This document shows positions 41,173 to 54,089 of a stretch of 64,000 nucleotides of DNA, in pieces. The DNA is from Mustelus asterias. Taxonomy: Eukaryota. The stretch covers positions 8,804,001 through 8,868,000 of the forward strand of contig NC_135827.1 of assembly GCF_964213995.1 (NCBI RefSeq), given 5' to 3'. The position numbers and the translations under genes were made by a program. How positions within the stretch are numbered: the first letter of the stretch is position 1; every line of letters begins with the position of its first letter. The notes under the pieces are model-generated. The model was not told where the DNA came from. It did not search any database and was given only the letters and a program-made list of their open reading frames with translations.

Positions 41173-41919
41173 TCCAATGCTTTTTTGTGTATTGACATAG
41201 TTTCCGGGGTGAGAGTGGCTGAAAATGAATAGTTCTGAAAACATTTTTGTGACAGGAATCAAGTACATTTTGGAACTCAGCAGCAGCAAAGTCACTGCAG
41301 CCCAAAGAGCTGGAAATTACACCACGTTTTATGACCTGTAGTGAAATGCAAATGCTTCTCAACCACTTCAAATGGGTGAAGTGATGAGACTTCAAGTGGG
41401 TAGAAACATTAGTGTTGCTTTTGTTCATTCCATTCCCAGCAAGACCAATGCATTCGTAGAAGATCACCAAAGTAACCTCAAGCATTTCAACATCGTCAAC
41501 TTTTCACGCAGTTAGTGCACGTACAAAAGACTAACGACTGAACGTGACCTTCCTGGGTTTATGCATCTCATAGACAGGGAAGCCTCAGTAACGGGGCAAA
41601 GAAGGTTGCCATCTGACAAGTCTCTGTTCACCGCCCAAGGTGAATCAGTACCAGCCATTCAAAGCAGTTAACAGGAGGAGCTCAAGATATCATTCATCCT
41701 GAGTTCCTTGGTATTTTCTAACAAGTTTGAATTTTAAATACTATTCCCAATTTACAACAATAAATGAGGATCAGATTTGTGTCACAGTCAAGATATGAAA
41801 GATAAAATTATCTCTCTATTCATCTGCTGGACTATTTCATGAAGGTATTTTTTTTAAGGTCCACCAGAAAATAACAGTTTCTCAAAGATCAAAAGCAGCG
41901 GTTCCGACTCACAGCAACT

Positions 41920-42500
41920 ATTTATTATTGTCACATATGAAAGTATACAGTGAAAAGTATTGTTTCTTGCGCGCTATACAGACAAAGCATACCGTACATA
42001 GTGAAGGAAAGGAGAGAGTGTAGAATGTAGTGTTACAGTCATAGCTGGGGTGCAGAGAAAAGTCAACTTAGTGCGAGGTCGGTCCATTCAAAAGTCTGAT
42101 GACAGCAGGGAAGAAGCTGTTTTTGAATAGGTTGCTATGTGTCCTCAGACTTTTGTATCTTTTTCCCAACGGAAGAAGATGGAAGAGAGAATATCCAGGG
42201 TGCATGGGGTCCTTAATTATGCTGGCTGCTTTTCCAAGGCAGCAGGAAGTGTAGACAGTGTCAATGGATGGGAGACTGGTTTGAGTGATGGACCTTCATT
42301 CATGACCTTTTGTCGTTTTTTTGCAGTCTTAAACAGAACAGGAGCCATACCAAGCTGTGATACAACCAGAAAGAATGTTTTCTATGGTGCATCTGTAAAA
42401 GTTGGTGAGAGTTGTAGTGGACATGCTAAATTTCCTTAGTCTTCTGGGAAAGTTAGAGGCATTGGTGGGCTTTCTTAACTACAGTGTCAGCATGGAAGGA
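41920..42500 (-). mobile_element. Rex1/Babar-type LINE 3' fragment
   Basis: Reverse-complement homology to 27921-28605. Confidence 0.85.
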
Positions 42501-43199
42501 CCAGTTCTAGACCACTGCCGAGCTTGCACCAGCCCTGGTGTACCAGTTGCAGAGGATAAGATGCAGAATTCATTTCCTCCTATTCAATCTTCCTCTCAGC
42601 AGTCCCCCACGAATATTTTGGACTACACAATCTGTGGCCCAGAGGTTGATATTATAATAAATGATGGGTTTTTTTGGTATTATTGTTCACTGTTGCATTA
42701 AAGAAAAATCACACTTTCTGCTTTTTTGAAGTTTACTTTTCTTCAATGAATTTACATCTAAAATGTTATAGCAACATATTTTAACTATTTATAAAACTTA
42801 AAATTAATATTTAATTGACAATCTCAATCCAGTATTAACATCACTAGCATTTCAATCTTCAGCTACCATCCTTCATGCGTTGGTACCTACCAATACTGCT
42901 ATACATAGAGGGCTGTTAACCATACCATTTTTATTTGCTGATTTCATTTTCATTAATTGTCTCTTGTTGAATTAACCCGAATAGAGTTTCATGTTCTTTT
43001 TTCTCATCTGCTGTTACACTTTGCAAAGCTCTAAGGCAGTATCGTCTGCCCACACAGCAAATTGAGTTCCCTCACCACCAATTCCATCCTCCTGTCTAGC
43101 CTCAGTTGAGAGAATTAGAAAAGAAACTTCCCAAGAAGTTTTTACAGACTGAGGGTCCACATGAATAGTCACTTTTTTAGTCATCTAGGGATTGAGGTG

Positions 43200-43415
43200 T
43201 GAGGGGGTGGTTAGCTCAGTTGGTTGGATGGCTGGTTTGTGAGGCAGACAGATGCCAACGGCATGGGTTCAATTCCCGTACCGGCTGAGATTATTCTTGA
43301 AGGCCCGGCCTTCTCAACCTTGTCCCTCACCTGAGGTGGGTGATCCTCAGGTTAAAATCACTACCAGTTAACTCTGCCCTTTGGATTACGGTCATCTGGG
43401 ATGATGGCGAGTTTA
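43200..43415 (+). mobile_element. Additional tRNA-headed SINE
   Basis: A-box TAGCTCAGTTGG and B-box GGTTCAATTCC, followed by a non-tRNA body. Confidence 0.6.
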
Positions 43416-43737
43416 TGAGATCCATAAATCAAGACCAGACCAGATCAATCACACCTTCAGTTTGATAGATGTGGCATGATAAATGCCATGGATCCAGCAT
43501 TGATCATCATCAAATGGGACATTTAGCGAAGTAACATGCAACAAGTTTTTGTTAACTGTGATGAGACTATGAGTGGAGAATCAAAAATGTCCCAGCAAGT
43601 TATAGCACAATGTAAATAATGCCATAACTCACTGCATTATTTCCTGGTACACTGTGTATTATCAATGGCACACACCATTAATGCATCATTGCTAAGTTTC
43701 CAACAAATTCAAACCCATTATCAGTTAAAGGGATATG

Positions 43738-44330
43738 AATACGAGTATAAAAGTTGGGGTCTGATGTTGCAGATGTATAGAACGTTGGTTCGGCCGCATT
43801 TGGAATACTGCACCCAGTTCTGGTCGCCACACTACCAGAAGGACGTGGAGGCTTTAGAGAGAGTGCGGAGGAGGTTTACCAGGATGTTGCCTGGTATGGA
43901 AGGGCTTAGTTATGAGGAGAGATTGGGTAAACTGGAGTTGTTCTCACTGGAAAGACGGAGGATGAGGGGTGACCTAATAGAGGTGTATAAAATTATGAAA
44001 GGCATAGATAGGGTGAACGGTGGGAAGCTTTTTCCCAGGTCGGTGGTGACGTTCACGAGGGGTCATAGGTTCAAGGTGAGGGGGGGGCAGGTTTAACACG
44101 GATATCAAAAGGACGTATTTTACACAGAGGGTGGTGGGGGCCTGGAATGCGCTGACGGGCAAGGTGGTGGAGGCAGACACACTGGGAACATTTAAGACTT
44201 ATCTAGATAGCCACATGAACAGAGTGGGAATGGAGGGATACAAAAGAATGGTCCAGTTGGGACCAGGGAGCGGCGGGGGCTTGGAGGACCGAAGGGCCTG
44301 TTCCTGTGCTGTATTGTTCTTTGTTCTTTG
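43738..44330 (+). mobile_element. CR1 3' fragment
   Basis: YRTLVRPHLEYCTQFWSPHY..RRMRGDLIEVYKIMKG; (TTCTTTG)n tail. Confidence 0.92.
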
Positions 44331-46091
44331 AATAGCATGGAATTAGAACACTGTTCCTTTATCTATGAGACTTGGCTCCAATCTGGTACAGACTGAAGGG
44401 ATGAAACCATCTATATGAGGCCCAAGTGAAATGCAGAGTTATTAGGACACATTATTCCAAAGATTAGGAAGAGTTTTATTGTGCATCTGTCTGCCTTTAG
44501 GAGATCCTGAAGCCATTTCGCAGCAGCAGTCATACAATGAGCCCATTTGTTTTTCTTTAGAAGTGCTCCAGAGGACCTTTCCCTTTTGCAAACTGGCAGC
44601 CATCATTATTAAAATCTTTTTAGTCCTGAGAGGAGGAAAGGAGAGAAGAAATATTGCTGCCACAGTAAGTCTTCTGTACATTCTCATCGCTCGCAAAGCA
44701 AAAATGACACCAACAAGAGCTCAGAGGGTGTAATTATTATCCCATTAAGGTGGCACGGAGAGGATTGAATTGATGCTGTTCAGCACTGTGGGCATGAAAT
44801 GGAAGGAAAGGCTCCCTGCAATTTCCCACACACATTTCCACTCAAATGTACAGCTGAGAATGGATGTTGGAGCAAAGAGGAAGAAATGGTACAATAAAGG
44901 AAGGAAACAAAGGAAGGAAACAAAGTCAGAAGGTGAATCACCTATCATGTATTGCTGGCCTCTAAGAAGCTATCATTATCAGACATGTTCTTGCACTTCA
45001 GCTAAAGAACAGTGAGTGCTAAAGCAAAATGCAGAGGAAAGAAGAAAAAAAACAACATCCACTAATACAGGGTACATTAAATCATTGGGCATAATTCATG
45101 ATCCCATATTCATGAGAGCTATAATGCGCTGAGCCATTCTAAGATCCATCGACTCCAGTGGGACTGGAAAATCCCACCCATTATCTCCAGGCCCATCCGA
45201 GGGTCAGCAGATCTGGCAGCATGTGGAGAAGGATGAGGAATAAATAAATGTTAATGTGAGCCAAGTGAGTCGGGCCGGGAGGGCATAAGGGAAACCCTCT
45301 CCAGTGACAATGTCAGTGCTGCGAAGGCATCGTTTGCTGCCAGCGGACCACTCCCTGCACCGTAGAGCCACTGGCTCTGATCACCACCCACACCCATTCC
45401 CTGAAAAGCTGCGAGGAGGCCGTCTCAATGCACCTTGAGGCCTCCCAATGTGACAGGACACTGTTCTGCCATTGGAAAACAGTCTGCAGCCCAGGAACAT
45501 CACCTGTAACTGGGCCATGGCAGATCAGCTGCTTCCTTCCTTTTAGCAGGCAACCGAACTGCTGCCATTCCTGCTGCTGGAAAAGAGCTCCACAGCATCC
45601 TTCCATCTCTCTCATGCCCCAGTCCACCAGACACCAACTCTGTTTCTCTCTCTCCACAGATGCCGCCAGCCTGCTGAGTACTTCCAGCATTGTCCATTCT
45701 TATGTCAGATAGTCACAACCTGATTTATCAGAATCATAGAAGTCCTGATTGGAAAAGCACTTTTTGTTTTAATCGTTCACGGGACATGGGGAGTGTTGGC
45801 TGGGCCAGCATTTATTGCCCATCCATAGTTGCCCTCGAACTGAGTGGCTTGTTAGGCCATTTCAGAAGGCAATTGAGAGCCAACCACATTGCTGTGGCTC
45901 TGGAGTCGCACGTAGGCCAGACCAGGTAAGGACAGCAGATTTCCTTCCCTAAAGGACTTTAGTGAATCAGATGGTTTTTCCTGACAATTGACAATGGTTT
46001 CATGGTCATCAGTAGATTCTTAATTCCAGATTTTTTTATTGAAATAATCTTGCATGGCGGGATTCGAACCAGCATCTCCAGAATATGTGAT

Positions 46092-46426
46092 TGGGCGGCA
46101 TGGGGTGGCACAGTGGTTAGCACTGCTGCCTCACAGTGCCAGGGATCCAGGGTCGATTCCCGGTTTGGGTCACTATCTGTATGGAGTTTGCACATTCTCC
46201 CCGTGTCTGTGTGGGTTTCCTCCAGGTGCTCCGGTTCCCTCCCACAGTCCAAAGATGTGCGGGTTAGGTGGATTGGCCATGGTAAATTGCCCCTTAGGTG
46301 TCAGGGGGATTAGCAAGGTAGATATGTGGGGCTACGGGGATAGGGCCTGGGTGGGATTGTAGTCGGTGCAGACTCAATGGGCCGAATGTCTTCCTTCTGC
46401 ACTGTAGGGATTCTGTGATTCTATGA
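46092..46426 (+). mobile_element. HE1-type V-SINE, representative copy. Others at about 1154-1460(-), 1882-2220(-), 7358-7660(+), 21630-21935(-), 23622-23940(-), 29215-29502(+), 34490-34795(-), 36725-37016(+), 39425-39670(+), 40222-40445(-), 48862-49175(-), 52730-53065(-), 53693-53965(-), 60832-61170(+)
   Basis: tRNA head TGGCACAGTGG with B-box, V-domain gtggagtttgcacattctcccc..tttcctcccacagtccaaag, CR1-type tail ttctgcactgtagggattctatga. Confidence 0.92.
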
Positions 46427-46865
46427 ACATTAGCTGAGTTTCTGGATTAACAGTCTAGGGAGCCATCACCTCCCCTATAACTTCACGCTGAAGTTTCACT
46501 TCAAAATTTTCAAAAGGGTTGGGTTGGGCAAATAGCCCAATGGACAAATGCTGAGTGGAATGTGTTCTCGAGCCATGTGGCTGAGAAAGTCCCAAGATTA
46601 ATTCCTTGTGTTTGTCTATCTTAGCCAAGTCAGCAGTGTGCCAACAGGCTTCTGCATCCTTGGCTCTGCAGGAGTTCTTTCACCTCTGAACACCGTCCAC
46701 GAACAGACGCCATCTGGCCACAATTACACATTCAACCCTGGAACATTTCAGCAGCTTCATGATGCAAACTGCATTGTTTCACACCTCAAAATTATTTATT
46801 CAGTTGAGGTACCAGGAGGCTATCCGGTGGGATCATTTCCTGGCAAGAGTTTGTGCTTAAAAGTG

Positions 46866-46997
46866 GTCCACTTACCTGATGAAGGAGCAGCGCTCGGCAA
46901 GCTCGTAATTCCAAATAAACCTGTTGGACTTTAACCTGGTGTTGTGAGACTTCTTACTGTGCCCAATCCAGTCCAACGCCGGCAACTCCACATCATG
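46866..46997 (+). mobile_element. Neptune pLTR mini-insertion with decayed hammerhead
   Basis: CTGATGAAGGAGC..GCTCGGCAAGCT. TSD GCTTAAAAGTG at 46855-46865 and 46998-47008. Confidence 0.85.
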
Positions 46998-47512
46998 GCT
47001 TAAAAGTGATGAGCAGTGCAAACTTGAAATGGGCAAGTCGGTACAACTTGTGGTCAAGAGTCAGTTTAGGGATTTTTATTTAAAATGGCAGTGTCCAATC
47101 ATGGTAAAAACACAAGTATTGACATGTTAGGCTTAAAGGTAATGTTACTTATATCTATTTTATATGAATTATGGATTTTATTTTTAGTTATATTATTACA
47201 TTTAACAGTGTAATTTTACAAATGTGAGACAGTATAAGCTCAGTATGTTTCAAACTACCTCTTAATTTAAGGTTAAAAAAAAAATCTCCTGATGTCAGGC
47301 TGGACTGAACTCTGCCCAGCCACAGGCTTATGTCCAGGTTGCTGTGGGGATCGGATTCAGGTCACAACCCATTGAGTAAGGTGCAGGCTTTAAAAGCAGG
47401 ACACAAAGGAAGAAGCTGCTGGCCTTATTGTGCATGGACAGGCAGATTCTCAGAGACAGTCAGAGGAAGAGACTTGGGTGAAGACAACCCACAATAGATG
47501 TTGCTGTATTCA

Positions 47513-47684
47513 ACAGGTTTATTTGGAATCACAAGCTTTCAGTGTGCTGCTCTTTCATCAGGTGAGTGAAGGAGCGGCGCTCCGAAAGCTTGCGATTCCA
47601 AATAAACCTGTTGGACTTTAACCTAGTGGTGTGAGAGTTCTTACTGTGCCCACCCCAGTCCAACGTCGGCGTCACCACATCATG
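47513..47684. mobile_element. Neptune pLTR mini-insertion with inverted arms
   Basis: Minus-strand hammerhead (about 47530-47557) joined back-to-back to a plus-strand copy. Imperfect TSD GCT(G/A)TATTCA. Confidence 0.8.
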
Positions 47685-47921
47685 GCTATATTCATGTAGG
47701 AGGAAATGGCTGCTTTTAGTGCACACACCAAGCTGTCCTCTGGTGAGGATTGAAACCATGTGCAAAAAAACATGGATTGTGAAGAGTTACCAACATATGA
47801 ACATACAAAATAGAACAGAAGTGGGCCATTTGTGCTCTGGAGCCTGCATCACCATTCAATAAGATCACGGACGATCGGTTTGAGTTTTGGATTCCACATT
47901 CCCATCTACCCTCGATGACTC

Positions 47922-48200
47922 TGGAGCTTTGACAAAGGGTTCTCTGGACTCACAACGTCAGCTCTTTTCTCTCCTTACAGATGCTGCCAGATCTGCTGAG
48001 ATTTTCCAGCATTTTCTCTTTTGGTTTCTGATTCCGGCATCCGCAGTAACTTGCTTTTATCAAGTATCACTCTCATCCTATTTTCTGTTGTCTTCAGCTC
48101 TGATGAAGGGTCATCCAGACTTGGGACATTAGCTCTGTTCCCTCTCCACAGATGCTGTCAGACCAGCTGAGGTTTTCCAGCACTTTCTATTTTTGTTTCT
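47922..48200 (+). mobile_element. Two tandem pLTR units of the second PLE-type family
   Basis: Hammerhead-like motifs at 47924-47964 (TTGACAA core) and 48096-48135 (CTGATGA core), each followed by acagatgctg..aga..gctgag..tttccagca. Shorter fragments occur near 32565-32630 and 45637-45690. Confidence 0.7.
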
Positions 48201-49824
48201 TCTTGTATACTTTGTCCTAAATTGTGGTTACCATAAAGGGATCTGTAGACAATTCCCACTAGTGATTTATTTCCTTGACTATTCCTTATCTCCACCCAAA
48301 CTCATTCTACATCGTGACCTCCTGAACCAAAGTCATTTCTAACAGTTGTACAAATGCAATTCTTAATTAATGTTTGGAGACCATGAAATCACCAGAGGGA
48401 ATCTTGCAATGGGATATCCACTTGATTATGCTCAATAGGTTATGAAAGGAATTTTCTTTCATATTAGACTAGAAGATTCACATTGGTGAATCAGGGAGAT
48501 GGGATACTGTTGACATTGGGAGGATCTTTAGACTTGAATTCATGACTACATGTCTACAGAAAGTTCAGCACCATGTACAAGCATGGTGTGGGCTTTTCAG
48601 TTGTGTTAAGTTAAAGGAGAGGATACCTTTGCTGTAGTTTAGTGGATGAGTTGCAAACTAAGAAATGTTGAAACAAAGTTGATTTTAGTTGGTTTGTTAC
48701 AATAAATGGCTTAAGACATGAAATCTTGTGTAATTCTCTGCATGGGTCACTGGGAAATCCATTTTGCTTTTTGAAAGTCATTGACTACCAGGGGAATCAG
48801 AAGGATATTAGTGTCAAACTGTGAATCCTACTCAGAGCACAAGCAGTCAAGTTAAGCATTGGAATCATAGAATCCCTACAGTGCAGAAGGAGGCCATTCG
48901 GCCCATCGAGCCTGCACCAAAGACAATCCCACCCAGGCCTTATCCATGTAACCCTACGTATATTTATCCATACAGCACTCCCCAACATTAAGGGGCAATT
49001 TAGCATGGCCAATCAACCAGCCAGAAAATCTATGGACTGTGGGAGGAAACTGGAACACCCAGAGGAAACCCACGCAGACATCCAGGGAACATGCAAATTA
49101 CACACAGACAGTGGCCCCAGGCCGAATTGAACCTGGGTTGCTGAGGGGGAGCAGTGCTAACCACTGTGCTGCCACTGCTCATGGGTCATGAAGCAATAGG
49201 CATCAGGCTATTAAAAGATATTGGAAATTATAGATATGTGAGCACTTGTACGCATTATAACTTACCAGCTCAGATTTGTAATGTTATTGCTGACTACAAA
49301 AAGAATAATTTCAGCGCATGAAAAGATGCTTCTGGCAAGGTACCTCATCACTCCACACAAATTATGGAGAACCCACTGGGTATGTAAAGCAGCGAGACTG
49401 GTGAATGAAACACTAAAGCAAACTAAGGAACATTCAACCATGACTGCATCCATTTGAACCTGAATCGATAAATACAGCCTACATTCACACCTCAGTGATT
49501 CAAAAAGGTTTTAAAATCAACAGTAATATTTTTGTTGTGTGTTTTTAATTGTGATTTCAACATCTTAAACTGCCTTTGAGTCTCAAATAGCAGGAACATA
49601 CAGTCATTCTGTACTCAAGGGCCCATGTGCCAAAAAATGCACTAATTGGCACTAAATTACTCATATCACTCTTGGAGGTCACAGCTGAATTATGAAATGG
49701 AAATTTGTCACATTATGGAAGCGGTAGGTGTTCTTCAAAGGTTAGATCGGGGAGCCTTCCTCTACATTTACTATACTGCACCTGGTCCGACAGAGCTTGA
49801 TGCTGTCACTGGGTGCATATGATG

Positions 49825-51891
49825 GTAAGAGGTCTCACAACACCAGGTTAAAGTCCAACACATTTATTTGGTAGCAAAAGCCACTCGCTTTCGGAGCGCT
49901 CATTGCTCCTTCGTCAGGTGAGTGGGATTTCAGTTCACAAACAGGGCATATAAAGACACAAACTCAATTTACAAAATAATGGTTGGAATGTGAGTCTCTA
50001 CAGGTAATCAAGTCTCAAAGGTACAGACAATGTGGGTGGAGAGAGGGTTAAGCACAGGTTAAAGAGATGTGTATTGTCTCCAGCCGGGACAGTTAGTGAG
50101 ATTTTGCAAGCCCAGGCAAGTCGTGGGGTGTTACAGATAGTGTGACATGAACACAAGATCCTGGTTGAGGCCGTCCTCATGTGTGCGGAACTTGGCCATC
50201 AGTCTCTGCTCAGCGACTCTGTGCTGTCGTGTGTTGTGAAGGCCACCTTGGAGAACGCTTACCCCAAGATCAGAGGCCGAATGCCCGTGACCGCAGAAGT
50301 GTTCCCCAACAGGAAGAGAACACTCTTGCCTGGTGATTGTCGAGCGGTGTTCATTCATCTGTTGTCGTAGCATCTGCATGGTCTCCCCAATGTACCATGC
50401 CTCGGGACATCCTTTCCTGCAGCGTATCTGGTAGACAACGTTGGCCGAGTTGCAAGTGTATGAACCGTGTACCTGGTGGATAGTGTTCTCAGGTGAGATG
50501 ATGGCATCAGTGTCGATGATCTGGCACGTCTTGCAGAGGTTGATGTGGCAGGGTTGTGTGGTGTCGTGGTCACTGTTCTCCTGAAGGCTGGGTAGTTTGC
50601 TGCAGACAATGGTCTGTTTGAGGTTGTGCGGTTGTTTGAAGGCAAGAAGTGGGGTTGTGGGGATGGCCTTGGCAAGATGTTCATCTTCATGAATGACATG
50701 TTGAAAGCTCCGGGGAAGATGTCATAGCTTCTCTGCTCCGGGGAAGTACTGGACGACGAAGGGTATTCTGCCCTCCGTGTCCCGTGTTTGTCTTCCGAGA
50801 AGGTCGGTGCGGTTTTTCGCTGTGGCGTGTTGGAACTGTCGATCGATGAGTCGAGCACCATATCCTGTTCTTATGAGGGCATCTTTCAGTGTCTGGAGGT
50901 GTCTGTTGCGATCCTCCTCATCTGGGCAGATCCTGTGTATATGGAGGGCTTGTCCGTAGGGGATGGCTTCTTTAACGTGTTTAGGGTGGAAGCTGGAGAA
51001 GTGGAGCATCGTGAGGCTATCCGTGGGCTTGTGGTACAGTGAGGTGCTGAGGTGACCGTCCTTAATGGAGATGCACGTGTCCAAGAATGCAACCGATTCC
51101 GGAGAGTAGTCCATGGTGAGTCTGATGGTGGGATGGAACTTGTTGATGTCATCATACAGTTGTTTCAGTGATTGTTCACCATGAGTCCAAAGGAAGAAAA
51201 TGTCATCGATGTGTCTAGCGTATAGCATCGGTTGAATGTCTGGTGCAGTGAAGAGGTCTTGTTCGAACCTGTGCATGAAGAGACATGGTACATTGGGGAG
51301 ACCACGCAGACGCTACAACAACGGATGAATGAACACCGCTCGACAATCACCAGGCAAGAGTGTTCTCTTCCTGTTGGGGAACACTTCAGCAGTCACAGGC
51401 ATTCAGCCTCTGATCTTCGGGTAAGCGTTCTCCAAGGCGGCCTTCACGACACACGACAGCGCAGTCGCTGAGCAGAAACTGATAGCCAAGTTCCGCACAT
51501 GAGGATGGCCTCAACCGGGATCTTGGGTTCATGTCACACAATCTATAACCCTCACGACTTGCCTGGGTTTGCAAAATCTCATTAACTGTCCCGGCTGGAG
51601 ACGATACACATCTCTTTAACCTGTGCTTAACCCTCTCTCCACTCACATTGTCTGTGCCTTTCAGACTTGATTACCTGTAAAGACTTGCATTCCAACCATT
51701 ATTTTGTAAATTGCGTTTGTGTCTTTATATGCCCTATTTGTGAACTGAAATCCCACACACCTGACGAAGGAGCAGCGAGCGCTCCGAAAGCTAATGGCTT
51801 TTGCTACCAAATAAACCTGTTGGACTTTAACCTGGTGTTGTGAGACTTCTTACTGTGTTTACCCCAGTCCAACGCCGGCATCTCCACATCA
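49825..51891 (-). mobile_element. Penelope-like retroelement (Neptune type), 5'-truncated, with inverted 3' arm
   Basis: Minus frame 51276->50131 has one stop (at 50722). It shows RT YARHIDDIFFLW, thumb HPKHVKEAIPYGQ, Cys linker PCHINLCKTC and GIY-YIG NVVYQIRC...WYIGET...MNEHR. 51280-51853 is an inverted copy of 49825-50403. Flanked by TSD TGCATATGATG(G). Confidence 0.93.
51755..51800 (+). ncRNA. Minimal hammerhead ribozyme in Neptune pLTR
   Basis: CAC-CTGACGA-A-GGAGC(agcgagc)GCTCC-GAA-AGCT-A: intact core, 5-bp stem II, palindromic AGCT stem III. Confidence 0.8.
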
Positions 51892-54089
51892 TGCATATGA
51901 TGGGACATTGTTCTATTTCCCAGAGCCAGCATCTCTCATTTTGAAAAGTACAAAATTCACGAGGGATAAAACATATTTAAAAATACCTTAACTGCGCTAT
52001 TTTTTGTGACTATCAACAGTGCTAGTGTTAGTCTCATCAAACTCAGACAAAGAGCCATAATGCTAGAGAGGTAGGCCATTCGCCCATTGAGTCTGCTTCA
52101 GTCTTCCATTCTACTGCTCTGTCCCAGCAGCCCTGGGTATTAATGGCTCAGGTTTCTGCTGTAGATGGTGAAGAATTGGTTTGAACTATTTACCTCACGT
52201 TACTGCTGTCCACAGACATTTAGCAATGGAGATCTGGAACAATTTGGCATCAGTTTGAACTTGGTGCTCCCAAATGGCAATCTGTGACCAGAAGAACTTT
52301 TCAACCAGATTGAGTGCCTCAGCGAGGCAGCAAAGCAGGAGAGGTAAATTTAATTCAAACCATTAGGAAGGAACATAAAAACAGGGACATTTATTCAGCT
52401 TTAAGTGCATACAAAGAAGTGAATAAAAACTTTTTTAAAATGTGGAATTTTTCTTTTGTTTAAGTCTATAATATTATTCTGACGGAATGAGACCCTACAC
52501 TTATTAAATTATCCTTTTAGAGGCTGAGGGGTAAGTAACATTTACATTTGCTGTCAAACTTCAGGCCGAGATTGTTCAGCTATTTTTGAAACAGAAATAT
52601 CTTATTTAGTTTAGATTCACACCATGACTATGAAGTCTGTGCTGATTCTATCAGCACAGATTGCAACAGCACAGCCTGTGGGGGACCAAGGATCCTTTGA
52701 CTTCCAGATTGCCAATTATTGAATTATTGGATCCCGACAGTGCAGGCGGAGGCCAAATGGCCCATCGAGTCTGCACCGACTCTCTGATAGGCTATCTCAC
52801 TCAGAAACCCTGCCCTACCCCATCCTCTAACCCTACACATTTACCACGACTAATACATTTAACCTACACATCTTTGACACTGAGGGGTAATGTTACTGTG
52901 GCCAATCCACTTAACCTGCACATCTTTGGACTGTGGGAGGACACCCGAGTACCCGGAGGAAACCCACGCAAACAGAAGGTGCAAACTCCACACAGTCACC
53001 CAAGGCCAGAATTGAACTCACGTCCCTTGTGCTGTGAGGCAGCAGTGCTAACCACTATGCTGCTCAGGTAGACTCAGTAATTGCCTCAACTTAGCTTCGA
53101 CAGCAAAATACAGACCAATAAAACATTTACTGCCGCAGGATGTGAGAGATGCACTTTCAGCAGTTACCATAATTAAACGATTAATTGAGGTAAAATAATT
53201 TATATTTCGTCAAAGGCAAATTAAATACAAAATTAGAGGTCAAAACATCCTTTATGAAATGGAACCACAAAGAGAGTTACAAATAGATGAGACAATGCAG
53301 TGCCTCTGCAACCCAACCCCAAAGTCAATTCCAGGTATTGATCACCCAATGCATGAAAAATGTTTCCGGTTATCAGTCCTGAACTAAACTTCTCCCAACT
53401 CAAATCTATTGCTCTTTGTCACCCAGTTGTATTTTAACCTGAATAATGCTTAGGATTAACCTGTTCCATTCCATTTTGCATCTTGTCTCCGAGTATAAGG
53501 CTCTGCCTCATCCTTCTAATTTCAAGGCAAAATTATATATTTTTTTCATTTTTGACTATCCCCGCTCCACCACCCACAGCCCCCACACCCCCCTCACCCA
53601 TAATCCCACCCCACCTTCCCACGGGGAGTGCACTGTGAAGGAAACAAAGTTGAGAATTTTCCTTGTGTGTGCGCGCGTGCGCGTGAGAGAGAGAATCATA
53701 GAATCCCTACAGTGCACAAGGTCCATTGAGCCTGCACTGACAACAATTCCACCCAGTCTCTATTCCCATGACCCCATGTTTTTACCCTGCTCGGCCCCCT
53801 GACACTAAGTGGCAATTTTAGTATGGCCAATCCACCTAACCAGCACGTCTTTTGGACTGCGGAAGGAAACCGGAGCACCCGCAGGAAACCCAGGCAGACA
53901 TGGGGAGAAGATGCAGATTCCACACAGACAGGAACTCATGTCGGGAATCGAACCCTGTGAGCAGCAATTTAAATTTAAAATGGTGGATAAATAAGACACA
54001 CACTCTCATTATGATGTATACAAATAATGTATACAAATATGCTTAATAGATTGGAGAGAGGTAATTGCTCTAGCCACTTTTTGCAACTT

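Noticed and set aside
46092-46170. SINE heads as tRNA genes
   Set aside because: The A/B boxes run directly into SINE bodies and form no complete cloverleaf.
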